A DNA stretch of 64,000 nt from Octopus vulgaris (Eukaryota): NCBI GenBank assembly GCA_951406725.2, contig OX597820.1, forward strand, positions 79,794,001 through 79,858,000, read 5' to 3'. This document shows positions 57,598-64,000 of the stretch, one piece after another (positions within the stretch are counted from its first letter, which is position 1; each line of letters starts with the position of its first letter). Position numbers and translations under genes: made by a program. Below the pieces are notes generated by a model. The model ran no database searches and was not told the DNA's origin. It worked only from the letters and a program-made list of their open reading frames with translations.

Positions 57598-58744
57598 AGA
57601 GAGAGAGAGAGAGAGAGAAAGAGCTAAATTTCCATAGGGCATAAAAAATGCAGAGTAGGAAACAGAGACTAATTAGTTTTTAAAACTCCACTGCTGTTTC
57701 TAGAAGCTCGGAATTGCGTAATAATCGCAATGTTCATAATTAGGAGATAAGATCATAAGCAATGTTGAACAAATTAAGGAGTTATCTACGAAGATAATAC
57801 TCATTCAAAAGTTAAGCATTCGCCGAAAGATGGCAACGACGTACTCGGTGTAACAAAAGAATACATAAGTAATGATTCAATTACTGATGACTCTAATTCT
57901 TCGTGTCGAATTTTTAACAAAATTCACCTGGATTGGCATCTCACATTTTGCCGGTGTAAATGGGTTGTATTATGATGTTAGGACATAGAGTGACCAGCTG
58001 GCAGTATCGTTGGCAGCCAGACAAAATGTTTAGCAGTATTTTGTCCGTCTATACGTTCTGAGTTCAAATTCCGCCGAGGTTAACTTACTCTTTTATCCTT
58101 TCGGGGTCAATGAAATACGTACCAGTTACACACTGGGATCAATGTAATCGACTATTCCGCTCCCACAAAATTTCAGGTTTTGTATGTATAGAAGAAAAGA
58201 TTATGATGTCAGTAAGTAAGGCGACGAGCTGGTAGAATAGCTAGTGGGTCGGATAAAATGTTTAACAGTATTTCTTCCGGCTCTTTACGCTTTGAATTCA
58301 AATGCTGCTGAAGTTGACTTTGCCTTCCATCGTAAAAGTAGCAGTCAAGATAGAGGCATAGATACATATAACTAAACGTATCCAGAATATAAACATACAT
58401 TCTTCTAATCTTTTACTTGCTTCAGTTATTTGACTGCGGCCATGCTGGAGTACCGCCTCCAGTTGAACGAATCAACTCCAGGACTTATTCTTAGTAAGTC
58501 TGGTACTTATTCTATCGGTTTCTTTTACCGAACCGCTAAGTTACAGTGACATAAATACACCAACATCAGTATCAAGTGATGTTGGGGGGTGGGGTACAAG
58601 CACAGACACAAATACATACATATATATGCCCACCCAGCACCCACACGCATAACACTCGATCTAAGAGTACTAATATCAAACCGTTCAACCCTCCTCTAAC
58701 ATACGCTAGGAATCACACCTCCCCAAATTTACCTAATAAAAGCG

Positions 58745-58955
58745 GGGGAGGGGAGAGATCTATTCTCTGGTATCCACCTCCATTCGCTTTAAACTTTAAG
58801 GCCCTCTCTAAAGCATTCTTTAAAATAGACTCTAATTTCCCACGTAACCACAAATATCATTTTATCTTTAACAGATCCATTTTGAACTTATCCTATTCCT
58901 CTACACTAAATATAGAATCTATTATCACCTCATCTAACAAACGTAAACTTAGCTC
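58745..58955 (+). pseudogene. Second, distinct Penelope-like fragment (thumb/linker region)
   Basis: RSILWYPPPFALN..FPRNHKYHFIFNRSILNLSYSSTLNIESIITSSNKRKL resembles the R.IIWFNPP..HFP..H...IFNR..VK.SYS motif. Confidence 0.65.
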
Positions 58956-59303
58956 TTACTATCTAAATGCCTTCAACCCTACGATAGACCTACACAACGA
59001 AACCACTAACACCGCTCGCAATAACATATCCAATACCCCTAGCTTTATCACTTTAAATAATTTAAACGTACATTATATAATCCCCACCTCGGAGGGTAAC
59101 GGGCGCACAGTTGAAACGGACGCAAATACAAATAGGCATACTGATACTAACAGTAATAACTATACTATAACCACTACAACTAATACCTATACTACAACTA
59201 CTAATAGGAGTAGCAATGATAATAATAGTAGCACCAACAGCAATATTACTATTACTGAAAATAATACTACTACTAACACTCCCACCACAAACGCTACTAT
59301 TAA

Positions 59304-59710
59304 TATGAGGTTGTCAAGAAAGTTAGTGCGGAATTTTTTATTTTGGTTTTAAATGATGTATTTTCAGATTAATTTTCGTTAAATTACTTTGACTTTATAT
59401 ATCATTTTAAAGCCCGTTTTTCGCTCTATCTAATCGTGTTTTTCTTATTGAATAATTTAGGCCATTTTTTCTGGAATGTTGAATACAGCATGGACAAAAA
59501 AAAATCGCACAGTTTTCTTATTCCGGTTTTAGCAAGGCCGAAAAGCTGCTGAAACAGCTCGCGATATCCACGTACAGCATGAACGTACAGCACAATGGTG
59601 GTTTAAGAAATTTCGTAGCGGTGACGAGAGTCTTGAAGATGATAAGCGTAGTGGTCGGCCATCGGATGTTGACAACGATCAACTAAGAGCCTTAGTCGAA
59701 GCTAATTCTT
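59304..59710 (+). mobile_element. Mariner 5' fragment
   Basis: TIR-like TGAGGTTGTCAAGAAAGTTAGTGCG; ERTAQWWFKKFRSGDESLEDDKRSGRPSDVDNDQLRALVEAN. Confidence 0.85.
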
Positions 59711-59723
59711 CTTTTTTTGGATT

Positions 59724-59762
<39 letters not shown>

Positions 59763-59897
59763 CACACACAGATAAATTTATATAGGGCATAAAAGTGTAG
59801 AGTACGAAAGAGAGAATATATAGTTTTTAACTCCACAGCTGTTTCTGGAAGTTCGGAATTACGTAATAATTACATAATTACGATATAGTCGATTAAC

Positions 59898-60845
59898 CAA
59901 GGTGTCAAACATACGACCTGCAGACCGAAATCGGGCCGCTGCAGGGTTTCATCTAACCCCCGAGGTGACCTTGAAAGGTGTAAAAATTATATTATATATA
60001 TTTACTTACTTATTATTGTGAATGTTGATTGTTTGAGTATGACTGATGATAGTGTCAATGATTCAATTTTTAATAGAAAAACTCCCGTAAATTATTTAAA
60101 GATTTGTTTAAATATTGTATTGGAATAAATGTTTGTTTTTGAAATTAATTTTATGACTAACAACATGTTTTCTTTTTTAGGTCAACATTTCGCTCTGCTT
60201 TACCTTGTCAAAAATGCGGATACAGAGTGTAGATTATTTCGAGAAAAGTGGCCCTTTTCCTATTTATTCGCGGTGGTGAAGAGGAAACCTGTGTGCTTGA
60301 TGTGTTCCCAGCAGGTTTCAGTGCTCAGAGAATATAGCATTCGACGGCAGGATGTGACTTATCATGTCGACAAATACAATAACTTACAAGTACAAATGCG
60401 AAAAGAGAAGGTCAATAAATTGTTAGCGGATCTGAAGAAGCAACAGTCGGCTTTAACCCAAAGCCGAGATATCAGTCAGGCAGCAGTAAAAGCGAGCTAC
60501 TTTGTTGCTAGTGAAATAGCATTAAAATCAAATCCGTACTGTAGGGGTGAGTTCGCGAACACATGCATACTGAAGGCTGCAGAAATTGTATACCCTGAAA
60601 AGTGACAGACTTTTGCCAACATTAGTCAGACGAGAAACACTATGGCAGACAGGATTTCAGATTTTTCTGCTGATTTGGACAGGCAACTGAAATACAGTAT
60701 CAAGTCATTTATTGCATTTTTGGTTGCAATTGATGAGAGCACGGACATTACGGATGCTGCGCAACTAGCCATATTCATTCGTGGTATAGAAGAGACTTTG
60801 ACCGTCACCGAGGAGTTTTGGGAGTTGGTTCCTATGATGGACAAC
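59898..60845 (+). mobile_element. hAT (Charlie/SPIN/GTF2IRD2-like) 5' half
   Basis: TIR-like CAAGGTGTCAAAC; ECRLFREKW, PVCLMC..VLREYSIRR, AAVKASY, SQTRNTMADRI and AIDESTDITDAAQLAIFIRG; one in-frame stop. Confidence 0.88.
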
Positions 60846-61091
60846 TCTTCATTATCAAAATTAATATTCATTTTAATTAGTAACATAAATTTATTGCCAA
60901 TATACAAATGTGAAATTTGTTTAATTTTTATTTTTATTTTTCATAATTGTATAAATTAATTTTTGATTTTGCATAAATCACCAAGGAACATAAAAACAAT
61001 TAAGATTATCATTTGAGAAATTATGCAAAAGTACGTCACTCCATATTACCAACAGTGGTTAAAGCACATTCCAAACACTGGTGCATATTAC

Positions 61092-61148
<57 letters not shown>

Positions 61149-62389
61149 CATTATTATCATTATTATTACAGACGTTGCATAGTATACAATACTTATTATA
61201 TCTGTCTCTTGCCGAACTGCTAATTAACGGGGACGTAAAAACATCAACATCGGTGGTCAACCGATGGTGGTTACACAAACACAGACACATAAGTATCTGC
61301 CGTCTATGTGTTTATGTGTGCGTGTGTGTGTATGTGTGTGTATGTGTGTGTGTGAATGAGTGTGCGTAGGTATGGGGCCGTTATGCGTCATTGATATATA
61401 TCGGCGAAAAATGTAAGTAGAAAACCGATAAAGGGGTACTTTCGAACGAAAATGCATTCCTGGTGCTTGTTCCGTCACTCCCTTGTCCCTCTCGCTATCA
61501 TCAATGCAACAAACCAGCAATTGGTCCATAGGAAACTTGTAACCAACGACACTATTATTTACAAATAGTAATACAAAATAAACAAATCAGCAGCAGAGAA
61601 TTAGTCTGCTGAGCAATATTGTTGATGAATGTGTCTGCTGCTGGTTGGATGACTCAAACTTTCCATTCACTTATTGAGAGACTGATTATGCTATGATATA
61701 ATATAGACATTTATTGGATATAAATCTCGCCGATGACCTCTTAACAAAACGTCATTGTTGTCTATAGTAGTTATTACGAGGGAATATGTACTGTTGGTTT
61801 CTGTCAAATCAAGCAAGACATTCATCATTTCACGTTAGTTTTCTTATTATCTAAATTATATTATACGATGATTTGGAAACTAGCTTTCAAAACAGGAGTG
61901 ATGAGCCAACACATCTCAGGCTAGATTTTCACTATTTCTCACATTAACTTAATCATCTGCTCTAGGATTCTTTATAATTACTGTTTAATTGATTCCGATG
62001 TCTCACGTTTTAGATTAATAAAAGGAAGACGGATTTATTTTTGATTACATTGTTTAACTACTAAAATCTGCCAGAGTCGAAAATAATCGATTTTTACTAG
62101 AATAAGTACTAGACTTACAAAGAATAAGTCCTCGCGTCGATTTGTGCGACTAAAGGTTCTGCTCCAGCATGGCCGTAGTTAATAGACTGAAACAAAGGAA
62201 TAAAAGAATGTAGGAGCAAACATGGTTTCCTGGTTAAGAAGTTCGCTTTGCAACCACATGGTTTCAGGATCAGTTTCATTTGGTGGAACCTAGGAAATAT
62301 GTTTTCTACTATAATTCCAGACCGACAAATGCCTTGTGATTGAATTTGAAAGCGGAAGATCGTGGTATATATATATATATATATATATA

Positions 62390-62562
62390 TCTATAAAATG
62401 AGGATATAATTTAAAAAATGATTATATCAGTGGCCTAGCTCATAAAAGTAACCGTATAGGTAAAATTAAATCTTTTTAAAACATAATTATAATTAACTAC
62501 TACGGGATGTGACCAGCGGCCTACGCTAGAAGAAGGCCGCTGGTCACATCCAGTAGCCCTTA

Positions 62563-62570
<8 letters not shown>
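62390..62570. repeat. Fold-back remnant of the CAGTGGCCTAGC family with a perfect 18-bp stem
   Basis: GGATGTGACCAGCGGCCT / AGGCCGCTGGTCACATCC (62505-62551); flanked by (TA)n. Confidence 0.75.
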
Positions 62571-62642
<72 letters not shown>

Positions 62643-63210
62643 ATGCGTGTATGTGTTTGTGTGTACGACTCTTTTACTCTTTGTTTTAGGCCCCTTCACA
62701 CTTTCTTCACTCTGACCCTTTCTTTTCTCGTCCCTCCCTAATTCTTCAATCCCTCTGACCCCACCACTCTCCTCTCCTTCCACGTGACCGGTGTTTCGCC
62801 AAGCCTGACCTTTCTTTCTTGGTTCGACTATCATCCGTGTAGCATCTCGTATTTTCCTTCCGATGACTTTCACCTCTTATGTTCCTACCGTAAGGCTTCA
62901 CTTCCACACACGCCAGCTTAATTTAATTCGTCCTTAGTCGAAAGACATCTGTTGTTAATATCCCGTTGTTTGTATTTGTAATTGTGTACCATTTTTCCGT
63001 TTTTTCCGTCCTTGTTTTCGTATACATTCACTTGCTTTCTTTCAAGGAATCTCGTGATCTTAGCTCGAGTGTAAGCAGCCGAAACTGCAAAGACGATCTG
63101 GAACTCGACTGAGGATAGGAAGCTCCGAATGACCTGTCCTTTTTTGTATCGTCTAATTGTCTGGATGTTTTGTTGTCGCCTGTTATGTTCTTGTTCCATT
63201 TTCTGTCTTC

Positions 63211-63275
<65 letters not shown>

Positions 63276-63501
63276 GAAATATTAAAATTACTAAGTCTCT
63301 CTAAAAGAGAACAGCGGCAGCGTTCCCGGAAAATAATAGTTATCGCCATACTAATATGGCATTCTTATAAAAATAAGAATAAAGCTGTCCGCTTATTAGC
63401 TCCATGAGGCCATCGCCTTAAGTTAGCTATTTGATACACAAACTGTATCCATATAACCTTCGAACAAGGGAGGTCAGTCGCTCCACACTACTTGACCGGC
63501 A

Positions 63502-63543
63502 GCTACAGACGCGTTTCGGAGTATTGCCCCTTTTCAATGCAGC
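63502..63543 (-). ncRNA. Minimal type-I hammerhead, U3-A8 core variant
   Basis: GCTGCA-TTGAAAA-GGGG CAATA CTCC-GAAA-CGCG-TC-TGTAGC. Confidence 0.75.
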
Positions 63544-63863
63544 GTAGCCAGCCAGTAGGTGTCGCTTCTGACAATCTCTGTTCGATGGTTTTATTTACCT
63601 AGTTTCGGTGGAATACATCCACTTGTTTTCAATAATAGAAATATTAAAATTACTAAGTCTCTCTAAAAGAGAACAGCGGCAGCGTTCCCGGAAAATAATA
63701 GTTATCGCCATACTAATATGGCATTCTTATAAAAATAAGAATAAAGCTGTCCGCTTATTAGCTCCATGAGGCCATCGCCTTAAGTTAGCTATTTGATACA
63801 CAAACTGTATCCATATAACCTTCGAACAAGGGAGGTCAGTCGCTCTACACTACTTGACCGGCA

Positions 63864-63905
63864 GCTACAGACGCGTTTCGGGGTATTGCCCCTTTTGAAT
63901 GCAGC
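63864..63905 (-). ncRNA. Second hammerhead copy (G5C, probably inactive)
   Basis: GCTGCA-TTCAAAA-GGGG CAATA CCCC-GAAA-CGCG-TC-TGTAGC. Confidence 0.6.
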
Positions 63906-64000
63906 GTAGCCAGCCAGTAGGTGTCGCTTCCGACAATCTCTGTTCGATGGTTTTATTTACCTAGTTTCGGTCAAGTAGTGTGGAGCGACTGACCTCCCTT

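Larger units (their letters stand above)
63271..64000 (-). mobile_element. 362-bp tandem non-coding HHR element with inversion junction (runs off window)
   Basis: The unit at 63271 repeats at 63633. From 63968 the sequence is the reverse complement of 63467-63499. Confidence 0.88.

Noticed and set aside
57626-59890. Two related inserts (57626-57740, 59774-59890) with minus-strand GAAACAGC(T/A)GT
   Set aside because: The cleavage position would be G in both and no CUGANGA can be placed, so they are not called as HHRs.

Overview
AT-rich, microsatellite-saturated animal DNA. The SINE and microsatellite complement looks like a coleoid cephalopod, most likely Octopus (inference from recall). No host protein-coding exon could be supported, and almost all listed ORFs are microsatellite translations. 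The window is a mosaic of: (i) a 5'-truncated but uninterrupted Penelope-like retroelement ORF (RT + GIY-YIG, 3645-5177) with a hammerhead ribozyme (HHR) motif in its 3' pLTR; (ii) decayed mariner/Tc1/maT/rosa-like, hAT and Helitron-like DNA transposons; (iii) relics of R4/Dong-, Tx1-, CR1/Jockey- and possibly copia-type retroelements; (iv) three SINE families and a 560-bp (AAT)n-targeted non-coding repeat; (v) a near-identical ~4.6/4.0-kb tandem duplication abutting a 2.7-kb palindrome. The most striking signal is more than a dozen type-I hammerhead motifs from several unrelated sequence families. They lie in small non-coding, (TA)n/(CA)n-inserted elements with tandem units of 300, 362 and 508 nt and with fold-back junctions. 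This is a candidate retrozyme/pLTR-like ribozyme-retroelement system. One HHR carries a compensatory U3-A8 core pair. All structures were folded by eye and none has been tested.
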